In this document: positions 1 to 9,363 of the stretch, piece after piece
Numbering within the stretch: the stretch's first letter is position 1
Layout: each line of letters begins with the position of its first letter
Assembly (NCBI GenBank): GCA_035366835.1
Contig: DAOSIS010000015.1
Coordinates: 23,949 to 87,948, forward strand
Source: Syntrophales bacterium
Lineage (GTDB): Bacteria; Desulfobacterota; Syntrophia; Syntrophales; UBA6109
Reading direction: 5' to 3'
DNA length: 64,000 nt
The notes under the pieces: generated by a model
What the model was told of the DNA's origin: nothing
The model's input: only the letters and a program-made list of their open reading frames with translations
The model's database searches: none
Position numbers and translations under genes: made by a program

Positions 1-889
1 TGAGCTTGATGGAGACCCACCGTGTGCCGTAGGGCGGCTGCACGATGTCCCGGACGAGTTCCTCCAGCCGGTCGTAGATCTCCCGGTGGTCCGCCAGGAC
101 GTCGGGCAGGCGGGGGCGGTAATCCTCCGTCCGGTCGGCGACGGCGATCACCCTCGAGACGAGTTCGCGGATGCCGGTATTCTTTGTCGCCACCATGGAG
201 ACGACGGGGATGCCCAGGAACCGCTGCAGCGCGGCGGCATCGACGGAGATCCCCTGGGAATCGGCCACGTCCAGCATGTTCAGGCCCACGATGACGGGGG
301 TCTCCAGGAGAAGCAGTTCGGACAGGAGATAAAGGCTCCGCTCCAAGGCGGCCGCGTTGACGAGCAGGACGGTGACGTCCGGCCGGGAATGGATGATGAA
401 TTCGCGGGCGACGCGCTCCTCCTCGGAAAAGGCGGTCAGGCTGTAGGTGCCGGGGAGGTCCACGATGCGGAGTTCGACCCCTTCCGTGACGTAGGATCCT
501 TCCTTCTTCTCGACGGTCTTGCCGGGCCAGTTCCCGACGTGCTGGGAGAGCCCCGTGAGGATGTTGAACACCGTGGATTTTCCGACATTGGGCTGTCCGG
601 CGAGCGCGACGAGCAATTGCCGGCACTCCCTGCACTGCGCCTCGATGTCGTCGGGCTGGAAGCGGACGACCAAGATCTTTTCGGCCTCGCCGCGGCCCAG
701 CGCCACGCGGGTGTCGCCGGCCTGGAGCATGATGAGTCCGCCGCTCTTCTGAAGGATGCGGACGCGGAGGCTCGGAGCGAGCCCCATCGCCGCGAGGCGG
801 GCTGTGAGCGCCGTTCCGCCGCTGATCGTCTGGATGTATCCCTCGTCGCCCTCTTTCAGGACCAGCAGGGGGACTGTCTCTCTGTTCAT
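1..889 (-). CDS. feoB: FeoA-FeoB fusion ferrous iron transporter, N-terminal part (3' end outside window)
   Basis: Absent from the ORF track because there is no stop in the window. Manual translation from ATG 889-887 gives MNRETVPLLVLKEGDEGYIQTISGG... (FeoA-like domain), then GTPase motifs GQPNVGKST and DLPGTYSL. Confidence 0.85.
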   Translation of the reverse strand, partial: MNRETVPLLVLKEGDEGYIQTISGGTALTARLAAMGLAPSLRVRILQKSGGLIMLQAGDTRVALGRGEAEKILVVRFQPDDIEAQCRECRQLLVALAGQPNVGKSTVFNILTGLSQHVGNWPGKTVEKKEGSYVTEGVELRIVDLPGTYSLTAFSEEERVAREFIIHSRPDVTVLLVNAAALERSLYLLSELLLLETPVIVGLNMLDVADSQGISVDAAALQRFLGIPVVSMVATKNTGIRELVSRVIAVADRTEDYRPRLPDVLADHREIYDRLEELVRDIVQPPYGTRWVSIKL

Positions 890-905
890 CGGATTCGTCC
901 GCTTC

Positions 906-1628
906 TTACAGTGTCAGCGTTGCGCCGTTGCGCCTCAGCCACGCCCTTTGCTCCCGGTAGCCCGGGGCTGCGGCCGCGACGATCTTCCAGAAGGCCGGCG
1001 CATGGTTTTTCTCTTTCATGTGGGCCAGCTCGTGGACCACGACATAATCGATCGCCTCCGGCGGCGCCAGGATCAACCGCCAGGAAAAGGCCAGCCGGTT
1101 CGATGCCGAGCAGGAACCCCACCGCGCCGCCGCGTTGGTGATCCGGAACGGGGGGCACGGGAAGCCGAGCCGGTCGCTGAAGAACCTGACCCGGGGGCCG
1201 ATCCGGCGGCGGGCCATGCGCCGGTACCATCCGACGAACAGCGCCCTTGCCCGCTCCTCCGGCAGCGGCGTCATCGAAAAAAGACGGCCGTCGAACTCCA
1301 GGCTCGCCCGTCCGTCGTCCCCGCCGCGCAGAGACAACGGATAGCTCTTGCCAAGATAGAGGAAAGGTTCGCCTTCCCGGAAGGGTTTCGGCTGCACGCC
1401 GCAATCGGCCGTCGCCTCGCGGCGCTTGCGTTCGATCCAGTCCGCTTTGCGGCGGACGAAGTCCTCTACTTCCTCCCTGGCTGTCCACGCCGGCGCCCGG
1501 ACGACCACGCTTCCGTCGGGCCGGATCAGAATCGTCAGGGTTCTTTTTCGCTTCCGGCTGCGAACCAGGGTGTAGGCAGCGGCATCGGTCCCGTCAGGGT
1601 CTCTTTTCGATGCGGATGGCTGCTGCAC
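906..1628 (-). CDS. YgjP-like M48-family metal-dependent hydrolase (DUF45)
   Basis: ORF 906..1628 (240 aa). HEXXH motif in VVVHELAHMKEKNH. Size and layout are typical of the YgjP/DUF45 family. Confidence 0.8.
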   Translation of the reverse strand: MQQPSASKRDPDGTDAAAYTLVRSRKRKRTLTILIRPDGSVVVRAPAWTAREEVEDFVRRKADWIERKRREATADCGVQPKPFREGEPFLYLGKSYPLSLRGGDDGRASLEFDGRLFSMTPLPEERARALFVGWYRRMARRRIGPRVRFFSDRLGFPCPPFRITNAAARWGSCSASNRLAFSWRLILAPPEAIDYVVVHELAHMKEKNHAPAFWKIVAAAAPGYREQRAWLRRNGATLTL

Positions 1629-1968
1629 CTTTGGCCTTCTTGAGCTCGGCGGCGTTCCCGAGAATCCGGCCGACGAGATTGACGTCGCTTGCGGGGACCG
1701 GGTCCGGTCCCGAACTCATCGGCGTCCGCCCGAAAAAGACGGCGAGGGCGTTTCCCGGCGGCCAGTAGCCGATGTCGCCGACCGTGATCCTGCTCGTGGC
1801 GGTTTCATCGGAACCCATCTTCACGGGAATCGTGAAGTAGAACTCGTCGCCCCATACGCTGGGGGCGGTCTCGATGGGAAGCTTCGCCGCGATGGCCTTG
1901 GCACAGGCCGTGTCGAAAAGCTCCGCGTCGAGCGATACGTCTCCCACGGATATGCGGATGGCCGTCAT
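1594..1968 (-). CDS. cyclophilin-like fold protein
   Basis: Internal Met of ORF 1594..2547: MTAIRISVGDVSLDAELFDT...GDIGYWPPGNALAVFFG, as in the cyclophilin-like family. The upstream part of the ORF is low-complexity junk. Confidence 0.7.
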   Translation of the reverse strand: MTAIRISVGDVSLDAELFDTACAKAIAAKLPIETAPSVWGDEFYFTIPVKMGSDETATSRITVGDIGYWPPGNALAVFFGRTPMSSGPDPVPASDVNLVGRILGNAAELKKAKGAAAIRIEKRP

Positions 1969-2236
1969 CGTCTTCAGTCCTTTCTGTCCTGCCCGTGTGG
2001 CCGGGCGTTTTGCCGACAATCCTGCCTGCCGATCTATACAGGACCGGCGGCGATTTTGCAATTTGAAGCTTCCCGGGAATCCCTCCGGGGAGGTTTTCGG
2101 CGGCCCGGGATGAACATCGCCGGGACCGCGGCGCCATCGCTCCTTTCCGCCGGGCCGGGAAGCCCGGAAAGCCTTCCCCTCGACCCTGTGCTGTGCTATG
2201 GTGGCCGCAGCATCCCATCCGGAGAGGTGACGGAAC

Positions 2237-2581
2237 ATGACGGACGCCGAGCATCGCCCTTGGGGCTCTTTCGAAGTCCTGGCCGAAGCGCCTGACCACA
2301 AGGTCAAGAGGATCACCGTCCGTCCGGGGCAGCGCCTGAGCCTCCAGCGCCATCGCCGCCGGAAGGAGCACTGGTATGTCGTCGCGGGCGAGGCCCTCGT
2401 CCGGGTCGGCGACGGGGAAAGCCTGCTTCGGCCGGGACAGGCGGCCGACATCCCCTGCAGGACGCTGCACCGCATCCGCAATACCGGGGCGACGGACGTC
2501 GTTTTTATCGAGGTCCAGACCGGCGGGTACTTCGGTGAGGACGACATCGAGCGATTCGAGGATGACTACGGCCGGGCCTGA
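2237..2581 (+). CDS. cupin-domain protein resembling the C-terminal mannose-6-phosphate isomerase (type II PMI) domain
   Basis: 114 aa. RPWGSFEVL...KVKRITVRPGQRLSLQRHRRRKEHWYVV...HRIRNTG matches the ManC-type cupin signature. Confidence 0.75.
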   Translation: MTDAEHRPWGSFEVLAEAPDHKVKRITVRPGQRLSLQRHRRRKEHWYVVAGEALVRVGDGESLLRPGQAADIPCRTLHRIRNTGATDVVFIEVQTGGYFGEDDIERFEDDYGRA

Positions 2582-2805
2582 TCGCCGGCCGAGGCAGCAT
2601 TCGCGTAAGCAGGGGATAAACCGCCGGCGGCGTATTCACACCGCGGTCTTCCAGCCGGCCGAATTCCATCGCCGCCGCCGTCGCCGGGGTCGGGAAGATC
2701 GAAGGGGAGACGCTCTGCATCGGAGGGAGGTACTGCATCGGCGGGGACGCCCCTGCCGGACATCAAGATCGCGATGGATGACGAGATCGCGCCGGAGGGA
2801 TTTTC

Positions 2806-3930
2806 ATGAGTCTTCTGTTCACGCCAGCGAGAATCGCAAACCTGGAATTGCCGAACCGCTTCGTACGATCGGCCACGAACGACCGTTTTACCGAGGGGAG
2901 CGGTTTTATCACCGATCGGAAGGTCGCCCTGTACTCGGAGCTGGCCGCAGGAGGCATCGGCCTTATCATCAGTTCGGTCACCTCGGTGCACCCGATGGGA
3001 AAGCACACGGTTTCGCAGATGTCCGTAGCGGGGGATGAATACATCCCTCGTCTGAAGAAGCTGACCGGGGCGGTGCACGGGAAAGGGGCGAAGATCGCCA
3101 TCCAGCTGGGCCACGCCGGCAGGGAGGCGGCCGCGTACTGGAATACCGTGAACGAGAGATCCCTCGCCCCCTCCGCGGCCGAAGGAGATCCCTATTTCAG
3201 GGGAGAATCACGCGCCATGACCGAAGCGGAGATCTGGGAAGTGATCGAAGCCTATGGGGATGGGGCCCGGAGGGCGCGGGAAGCCGGATTCGACGCCGTT
3301 CAGGTTCATGCGGCCCACATGTTCCTTCTCCCCCAGTTCCTCTCACCGCAAACGAACCGGCGGAGCGACCGGTGGGGCGGGTCATTGGGAAACCGCCTCC
3401 GCATCCACCGGGAGATCTACCGGGCCATGCGGAAAACAACGGGAAAGGACTATCCCCTCTTCGTGAAGCTCGGCGTCCAGGACGGATTCGCCGGCGGCCT
3501 GGCGTTCGACGAAGGGCTCCGCGCCGCCGTGGAGCTCGCGCAACTCGGCTATGAGGCCCTGGAAATCAGCCAGGGCCTGAGGGGGACCCCCTATCAGGAG
3601 ACGGAATTCCGGACCGGAATCGACCGGCGCGAAAAAGAGGCGTACTTCCGCGGATGGGCGGCAGAGGTGAAGAAGAACGTGACCGTCCCGGTGATCATGG
3701 TGGGAGGACTGCGGACGTTCGAGCTCATGGAAGAGGTCGTCCGGAACGGGGAAGCCGATTTCGTCTCGCTCTGCCGTCCACTCATCCGGGAACCCGGCAT
3801 CGTCAACGAGTGGAAGCGTGGGAGCCGCCGCCGGGCGGCCTGCATATCCTGCAACAAATGCCTGGAAGCGAATCGCAGGGGAGAGGCGCTGGTCTGCATT
3901 TTCAACCGACGTGCCGATGAACAAGCCTGA
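2806..3930 (+). CDS. NADH:flavin oxidoreductase, Old Yellow Enzyme family
   Basis: 374 aa. N-terminus LFTPARIANLELPNRFVRSA, plus HAAHMFLLPQFLSPQTNRRSDRWGGSLGNR, typical of OYE/2,4-dienoyl-CoA reductase-like FMN domains. Confidence 0.85.
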   Translation: MSLLFTPARIANLELPNRFVRSATNDRFTEGSGFITDRKVALYSELAAGGIGLIISSVTSVHPMGKHTVSQMSVAGDEYIPRLKKLTGAVHGKGAKIAIQLGHAGREAAAYWNTVNERSLAPSAAEGDPYFRGESRAMTEAEIWEVIEAYGDGARRAREAGFDAVQVHAAHMFLLPQFLSPQTNRRSDRWGGSLGNRLRIHREIYRAMRKTTGKDYPLFVKLGVQDGFAGGLAFDEGLRAAVELAQLGYEALEISQGLRGTPYQETEFRTGIDRREKEAYFRGWAAEVKKNVTVPVIMVGGLRTFELMEEVVRNGEADFVSLCRPLIREPGIVNEWKRGSRRRAACISCNKCLEANRRGEALVCIFNRRADEQA

Positions 3931-4516
3931 CCTTCCGATGCCTGCGGCCCGCGAGAAAGGCGTCCCGCCGGCTGAAGCCGGGCGGGGTCATGCCTTCCGG
4001 CCTCGGTCCCTCGCCGCGGCCCTCGCCGGGTTGCTGATCCTTATCGGCGCACCGGTCCCCCGCGCGGAGGCGGACGGCGCCGTTTCCGTCCGAGGGCGCG
4101 TCTTTTCCGCGGAGGTCGCCCGGACGCCCCAGGAGAAGGCGAAAGGCCTCATGTTCCGGAAGGCGCTCGCCCGGGACGCCTGCATGTTCTTCCTCTACGA
4201 TGAAGATTCCCATCACGCCATCTGGATGAAAAACTGTTTCCTTCCGCTCGACGTCGTCTGGGTGGACGGGGAAGGGCGGGTCGTGGAGGTGGCGGAGAAC
4301 GTTCCACCGTGTGCGGCGGCCGCAGAGGCTTGCCCGTCGTACGGGGGGAAGGTCCTGTCGCGGCATTTCGTCGAATTCCCCGCCGGCACCGTCGCCGCGG
4401 TGGGAGTCCTGCCGGGAGAAGAAATCGGATGGGACCTGTCCGTGGCCGGGGAGGGGAGATGGATCAACACCCCCGACGACGGGATCCCCCCGTCATTCCT
4501 TCCCGCAGCACCCTGA
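3917..4516 (+). CDS. DUF192 domain protein with N-terminal signal/anchor
   Basis: Internal Met (MNKPDLPM...) of ORF 3818..4516. AEVARTPQEKAKGLMFR...MFFLY...IWMKNCFLPLDVVWVD is the DUF192 pattern. Overlaps the upstream gene by 14 nt. Confidence 0.7.
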   Translation: MNKPDLPMPAAREKGVPPAEAGRGHAFRPRSLAAALAGLLILIGAPVPRAEADGAVSVRGRVFSAEVARTPQEKAKGLMFRKALARDACMFFLYDEDSHHAIWMKNCFLPLDVVWVDGEGRVVEVAENVPPCAAAAEACPSYGGKVLSRHFVEFPAGTVAAVGVLPGEEIGWDLSVAGEGRWINTPDDGIPPSFLPAAP

Positions 4517-4639
4517 CGGCGCGGCGGCGGAGGAGCCCGGGCCGCGCCGGCCTGCCCCGGCCGTCAGATTGTTTCCGAAGCCCGCGCGCACGCATTCCCG
4601 ATCCTGTCCGGCCCGTTTTTCCGGAACACCTCTTCATAA

Positions 4640-4656
4640 AAACCCGGCGCGGGTTT
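4640..4656 (-). terminator. candidate intrinsic terminator downstream of ygiQ
   Basis: AAACCCG-GCG-CGGGTTT hairpin. On the minus strand it is followed by a T5 run (A5 at 4638-4642 on plus). Confidence 0.4.
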
Positions 4657-4696
4657 CAGGGCAAGGGCCTGTCAATATCCTCTTCGCGTGGGAAGA

Positions 4697-6496
4697 TCAT
4701 GTTGGGCAAGCCCGGCCCGCGTTTCGGTTCTTTTTCTTCCGGCGTTCCCGCCTTCCGTCGCCCGTCGCCAGGTCCTTCTGGCGCTGCTTCCCCCGGGCCG
4801 TCTTTTCCACGAAAAGCCTCCTGCCGCTGAAGGGGTCGACGCCCGTCCGGTACATGACGGTGGACCAGGTGGAGGGGGTCGGCGTGAAGATCTGGACCTG
4901 TTCGGGCACCAGGTGCAGTTCGCGCCGCGCGAATTCCCCGAGCCTTTGCATGTCCTCGTCGGTGCAGCCGGGATGGGCCGCGAGCAGGTAATAGGTGAGG
5001 AACTGTTTCTTCCCCGCCTTCCGGCTCAGGCGGTCGAAGGCCTCCTTGAAGTCCGCGAGGTGCCGGCGGCCGGCCTTGCCCATGACGTCGAGGACGCCCT
5101 GCTCGGAGTGTTCCGGGGCCAGCTTCAACTGGCCCGAGACGTGGTGGGCCGCGAGCTCTCCCAGGTAGGCGAGACCGGACCGGCGGTCGTCGAGGACGAG
5201 GTCGTGGCGGACGCCGGAAGAGACGAAGACATGGCGCACCCCCGGGAGGGCGCGCAGTTTCCGGAGCAGCCGCATCTGCCGGCCGTGGTCGTGCTCGAGC
5301 GACGGGCACGGTTCCGGGAAGAGGCAGCGGCGGTCCCGGCAGGCGCCGGACCGCTCCATCTTTCCGCAGGACAGTCCGTACATGTTGGCCGTGGGCCCGC
5401 CGACGTCCGATATGACGCCCCGGAAGCCCGCCGACGCGGCCAGGCGGCCCGCCTCGCGGAGGAGGGAGGCCTCCGAACGCGACAGGACGCGGCGTCCCTG
5501 GTGGAGCGCCACGGCACAGAAGCGGCACTCTCCGGCGCAGCCGCGATGCGAGGCCAGCGAGAAGCGGATGGTGTCCTGCGCGCGGACCGCGCCGCGCTGG
5601 GCGTCGAGGGGATGGACCTCCCTCGAAAAAGGAAGTTCGCAGACCTCATCGAGCCCGGCTTCCGAAAGATGCGGCTGCGGCGGATTGTGGACGAGCCAGC
5701 GTCCGTCCTGGCGCTGGCACAGTCGCTGCGCGGTAGGCGGGTCCTGGTTCTCGCAGAAGACGCGGAACATCCGGATGAAGGCGTCGGGATCGGCCCTGAC
5801 TTCGGCCAGGGAGGGGAGCGCGATGCAGCCGTCGGGAGGCGAAGCCGCCAGATGGCACAGGCCGCGGACGTCCCGCCAGTCGCGTCCGTCGCGCAGGCGG
5901 GCGGCGATCTCCAGCACGGCCCTCTCCCCCATGCCGTAGACCAGCGTGTCCGCCTTGGCGTCGGCGAGGATCGAACCGCGGATGGTGTCGGTCCAGTAGT
6001 CGTAATGCGCGACCCGCCGCAGGCTCGCCTCGATGCCGCCCAGGACGATCGGTTTCGTGCGCTTGAAGCGCGAACGGATCAGGTTGGTGTAGGCGATGAC
6101 TGCGCGGTCGGGACGCCGGTCGTTCAGGCCGCCGGGCGTGAAATCGTCGGTCCGGCGCGGTTTCCCGAGGGCGGTGTAGTTGGCGACCATGGAATCGACG
6201 CTGCCGCCGGAGACGCCCCAGAAGAGCGCGGGTTCGCCGAGACGCTCGATGTCGGTCCCCGACCGGACGTCGGGCTGGGCGAGGACGCCGACGCGGCAGC
6301 CGGCCTTTTCCAGCAGGCGTCCGATGGCGGCCGCACCGATGAAGGGGCTGTCGACGTAGGCGTCCCCCGTGACGAGAATCACGTCGAGGCGATCCCAGCC
6401 GCGGGCGGACATCTCCTCGCGCGTGGCGGGCAGGAAATCGGCATCCCGGGTCCGGCCGGACGGGAGGGATGTCCGGCGGCCGCCGCGGCGGGTCAT
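4697..6496 (-). CDS. ygiQ: YgiQ family radical SAM protein
   Basis: 599 aa. CxxxCxxC cluster motif in HRGCAGECRFCAV. N-terminal LDVILVTGDAYVDSPFIG is typical of UPF0313/YgiQ. Confidence 0.9.
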   Translation of the reverse strand: MTRRGGRRTSLPSGRTRDADFLPATREEMSARGWDRLDVILVTGDAYVDSPFIGAAAIGRLLEKAGCRVGVLAQPDVRSGTDIERLGEPALFWGVSGGSVDSMVANYTALGKPRRTDDFTPGGLNDRRPDRAVIAYTNLIRSRFKRTKPIVLGGIEASLRRVAHYDYWTDTIRGSILADAKADTLVYGMGERAVLEIAARLRDGRDWRDVRGLCHLAASPPDGCIALPSLAEVRADPDAFIRMFRVFCENQDPPTAQRLCQRQDGRWLVHNPPQPHLSEAGLDEVCELPFSREVHPLDAQRGAVRAQDTIRFSLASHRGCAGECRFCAVALHQGRRVLSRSEASLLREAGRLAASAGFRGVISDVGGPTANMYGLSCGKMERSGACRDRRCLFPEPCPSLEHDHGRQMRLLRKLRALPGVRHVFVSSGVRHDLVLDDRRSGLAYLGELAAHHVSGQLKLAPEHSEQGVLDVMGKAGRRHLADFKEAFDRLSRKAGKKQFLTYYLLAAHPGCTDEDMQRLGEFARRELHLVPEQVQIFTPTPSTWSTVMYRTGVDPFSGRRLFVEKTARGKQRQKDLATGDGRRERRKKKNRNAGRACPT

Positions 6497-7953
6497 GATT
6501 GCGAAGGGGGAAGGTCTCCCGGCGAAAAGCCGGCATCGCAGATTTCCCCGTAAAGGCGGTAGGTGTTGCGGCCCATCTTCTTGGCCTCGTACATGGCGAT
6601 GTCGGCCTTCTTCACGAGCGTGTCCACGTCCCTTCCGTCGAGGGGATACAGGGCCATGCCCACGCTGGTCGTCACCATGAGATCCCGGCCTTCCAGCCGG
6701 AAGGGCTGCTGAAAGGCCTGGATGATCTTCCCACCGAGAACATGGAGGTCCTCCAGCGCGTTGATCTCGGGCAGGATCATCATGAATTCGTCGCCGCCCA
6801 TCCGTGCGATGGTGTCGCTCTTGCGGACCAGCCCCGTCATCAGGGTAGCCGCCTCCTGCAGCAGGCGGTCTCCGAAGGTGTGGCCGAACGTGTCGTTGAT
6901 CTCCTTGAACTTGTCGAGGTCGAGCATCGTGATGGCGACCTTCCGGCCCGAGCGGTTCGCCTGGGCCAGCGCCATGCCGAGACGGTCGTTGAAGAGATAG
7001 CGGTTCGGCAGACCCGTCAGATGGTCGTGGTAGGCCATGTGGAGGATCGTCTCCTCGGCCCGTTTGACCTCGGTGATGTCGTGGAGGAGCGCGATCGTCC
7101 CCTCGAACTTCATGCTGACATCGAGCATCTTCTTGAGAAGGACCTGGTAGATGCGCCGCCCTTTCCGGCAGTCGAGCGCCTTCTCGAAACTCCGTTCCAG
7201 GGCATGGCTTTCGATTAGATCGTTCAACTCGCCGGCAAGCCAGGTCGGCGCGTCCTGAAGCGCCCGCCGTCCTCCGTAGTCGTCGTAGCCGGGCTTCTCG
7301 ATTCCGAAGAAGGATTCGATCGCCGCATGATTGGCGTTTTCGATCCTCCCGTCCCCGTTGAGAAACAGTACGGGGTTGTGGATGCTTTCAAAGATCGTGA
7401 TGTACTTGTTCTTTTCATTGGTGATGGCTCGGTTGGCTTCCTGCAGCTGCGCGACCGCGTCGAAGTCGGAAATGCTGAACCACTCCCGGAGAAACCCGAG
7501 TTCGAGCCGGTCGAAGAAGCGTTCGATGTACAGGAGGGAATAGCGTTCGCCGTCGGCGGGAAGGCCGGCCGCTTTCACCAGGTCCAGGTAGCTCTGCCGG
7601 TAATACTTCATCAGGCCCAGGAACATCTCGATCGTCACGCCGCGGGCGCGGTGGAGGCGGGCCTCACGGATGGCGAAGGTCGCCACGGTGTCGAGCGCGT
7701 AGTCCTCGTCCGGCCCCAGTTCGGGGACCGCCCCATTCCGCCCGAGCGATTCCCGCAGCGCGCCGGTGAGCCCGGCGATGGATATCCGCCAGTCCTCTTC
7801 GAGCGTGGACGTGTACTTGCTGTAGTCGCGCTGCCTCGCGTAGTCGAGGATCCGGCGCATCAGCCATTCCTCGCGGGAGCCGACCAGGCGGGACAGTTCT
7901 TCGGCGCGTTTCTTGTCGGAGTCTTCCATGACGTTTTCCGCGATCGGGTTCAA
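6493..7953 (-). CDS. PAS-containing diguanylate cyclase (GGDEF)
   Basis: 486 aa. Active site RMGGDEFMMILPE with an RxxD I-site (RKSD) just upstream. 4-nt overlap with ygiQ. Confidence 0.9.
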   Translation of the reverse strand: MNPIAENVMEDSDKKRAEELSRLVGSREEWLMRRILDYARQRDYSKYTSTLEEDWRISIAGLTGALRESLGRNGAVPELGPDEDYALDTVATFAIREARLHRARGVTIEMFLGLMKYYRQSYLDLVKAAGLPADGERYSLLYIERFFDRLELGFLREWFSISDFDAVAQLQEANRAITNEKNKYITIFESIHNPVLFLNGDGRIENANHAAIESFFGIEKPGYDDYGGRRALQDAPTWLAGELNDLIESHALERSFEKALDCRKGRRIYQVLLKKMLDVSMKFEGTIALLHDITEVKRAEETILHMAYHDHLTGLPNRYLFNDRLGMALAQANRSGRKVAITMLDLDKFKEINDTFGHTFGDRLLQEAATLMTGLVRKSDTIARMGGDEFMMILPEINALEDLHVLGGKIIQAFQQPFRLEGRDLMVTTSVGMALYPLDGRDVDTLVKKADIAMYEAKKMGRNTYRLYGEICDAGFSPGDLPPSQS

Positions 7954-8002
7954 AGGAGTCCGTACGAACGAACGGAGGCCCGGCAGACGGGGCCCGGTGA
8001 AG

Positions 8003-8842
8003 CTACAGGCGGATCTCCGTGTTCTGGGTCAAGGCAAAGCATTCCATTCTGCTTCCCTGCTGCGCGATTGTTCCCCGGCAGGAGGACACGATCTCGTCGA
8101 TCTCATCGTCCGACCGGTCCTGGTTGTGATGGAACAATCCGAGTTGCCTGACGTTGGCTTCCAGGGCCATGCGGAGCGTGTCCCTGTAGACGGAGTGCCC
8201 CCATCCTCTTGTCTTCCGATATTCGACTTCGTTGTATTCGGCGTCATGAATGAGAAGGTCCGCGTCCCGGGAGAATTCGAGGTAGTCCCGGAAATCGCGG
8301 CCGCCTTCGTGCCGGTAGGTCAATTCGTTGTCGGTCAGGAACACGAAGCTCCGGCCGTCTTCCTCGAACTTGTAGCCGATGCCCTGGTTCGGATGGCTCA
8401 GGTTGATCGGCGTCACGTTCAGGCCGTGGACGGAGAATCCGTCGTCGCAGTAGTCGTCGAATTTCAACTCGGCCCGGATGTCGTGGAAATTGACGGGAAA
8501 ATTCGGCGGGGCCATGACGCGGGAAATCACGTCCCGGATGGAGGCCAGGGCGAACGGGCAGCCGTAGATGCGCATGTGCGTCTTCGGGAAGTAGATCGGT
8601 TTGAAGAAGGGAAATCCCATCAGGTGGTCCCAATGGGCGTGCGTGAAGATCATCGTGTAGCGGCGCTTTCCCTCGCGGAGGAGGCTGTTGCCGAGCCGCC
8701 GCAGACCCGATCCGGCATCGACGATGACAACGTCGTCGTTCTTCGTTCGAAGTTCCAGGCAGGTCGTATCGCCGCCGTACTTGAGATATTCCCGTCCCGA
8801 GACCGGACTCGATCCGCGCGCTCCCCAGCAGCGAATGATCAT
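8003..8842 (-). CDS. MBL-fold metallo-hydrolase
   Basis: 279 aa. HxHxDH motif in FTHAHWDHLMG. Confidence 0.8.
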   Translation of the reverse strand: MIIRCWGARGSSPVSGREYLKYGGDTTCLELRTKNDDVVIVDAGSGLRRLGNSLLREGKRRYTMIFTHAHWDHLMGFPFFKPIYFPKTHMRIYGCPFALASIRDVISRVMAPPNFPVNFHDIRAELKFDDYCDDGFSVHGLNVTPINLSHPNQGIGYKFEEDGRSFVFLTDNELTYRHEGGRDFRDYLEFSRDADLLIHDAEYNEVEYRKTRGWGHSVYRDTLRMALEANVRQLGLFHHNQDRSDDEIDEIVSSCRGTIAQQGSRMECFALTQNTEIRL

Positions 8843-9084
8843 CCCTGCCCTCCGTTGTCGACGCCGACTCCAAGGCCGTCAGGCCGGCCCATATAACCAT
8901 ATTTATATTGACAATTCAAGCGATGGTTGCCGCCGGAAAGGGGCGCAGGCGGCGGAGTCGCATAGCAGGAAACCGGATCGCATTGCAACCGGATATGTCG
9001 TTTCCGGCTGCGGATTCCGGAACGGCCGTTTCATCCTTTGCCAGGCGGCGTTTGAGGGAATTCCGCGATTGCCCGGCAGTTCGA

Positions 9085-9104
9085 TGTGGGATATGATATC
9101 CACA
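9085..9104. promoter_or_regulatory. candidate operator palindrome upstream of copZ
   Basis: TGTGGGATATGATATCCACA with a perfect 13-bp core GGATATGATATCC (9089-9101), about 65 nt upstream of the copZ start. Confidence 0.3.
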
Positions 9105-9165
9105 GATTGCGCGCTCTTTGAGCCCATCCGGAGATTCCAATGCACGGCTTCACAGGAGGAGAGAG

Positions 9166-9363
9166 ATGAAAACGATCAGGATCAAGGGGATGACCTGCCG
9201 GCACTGCGTCATGGCCGTGACGAAGGCCCTGAGCAGCATCGACGGCGTCAAGGATGTGCGTGTGGACCTGGAAAAGGGGGAAGCCTCCTTCGAGGAGGAG
9301 CGGCCGGTCGACATGGAGACGGTGCGGCAGAAGATCGTCAAGGCGGGATATGAAATCGGCTGA
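9166..9363 (+). CDS. copZ: copper chaperone, heavy-metal-associated domain
   Basis: Internal Met of ORF 9118..9363: [22 protein letters not shown]..., carrying the GMxCxxC motif. Confidence 0.85.
   Translation: MKTIRIKGMTCRHCVMAVTKALSSIDGVKDVRVDLEKGEASFEEERPVDMETVRQKIVKAGYEIG

Noticed and set aside
8903-9145. Small ORFs in the cop leader (8903..9145 and 8916..9140 on minus, 8908..9096 on plus), considered as a possible CsoR/CopY-type regulator.
   Set aside because: None shows the CsoR C-H-C pattern, a wHTH, or plausible composition.
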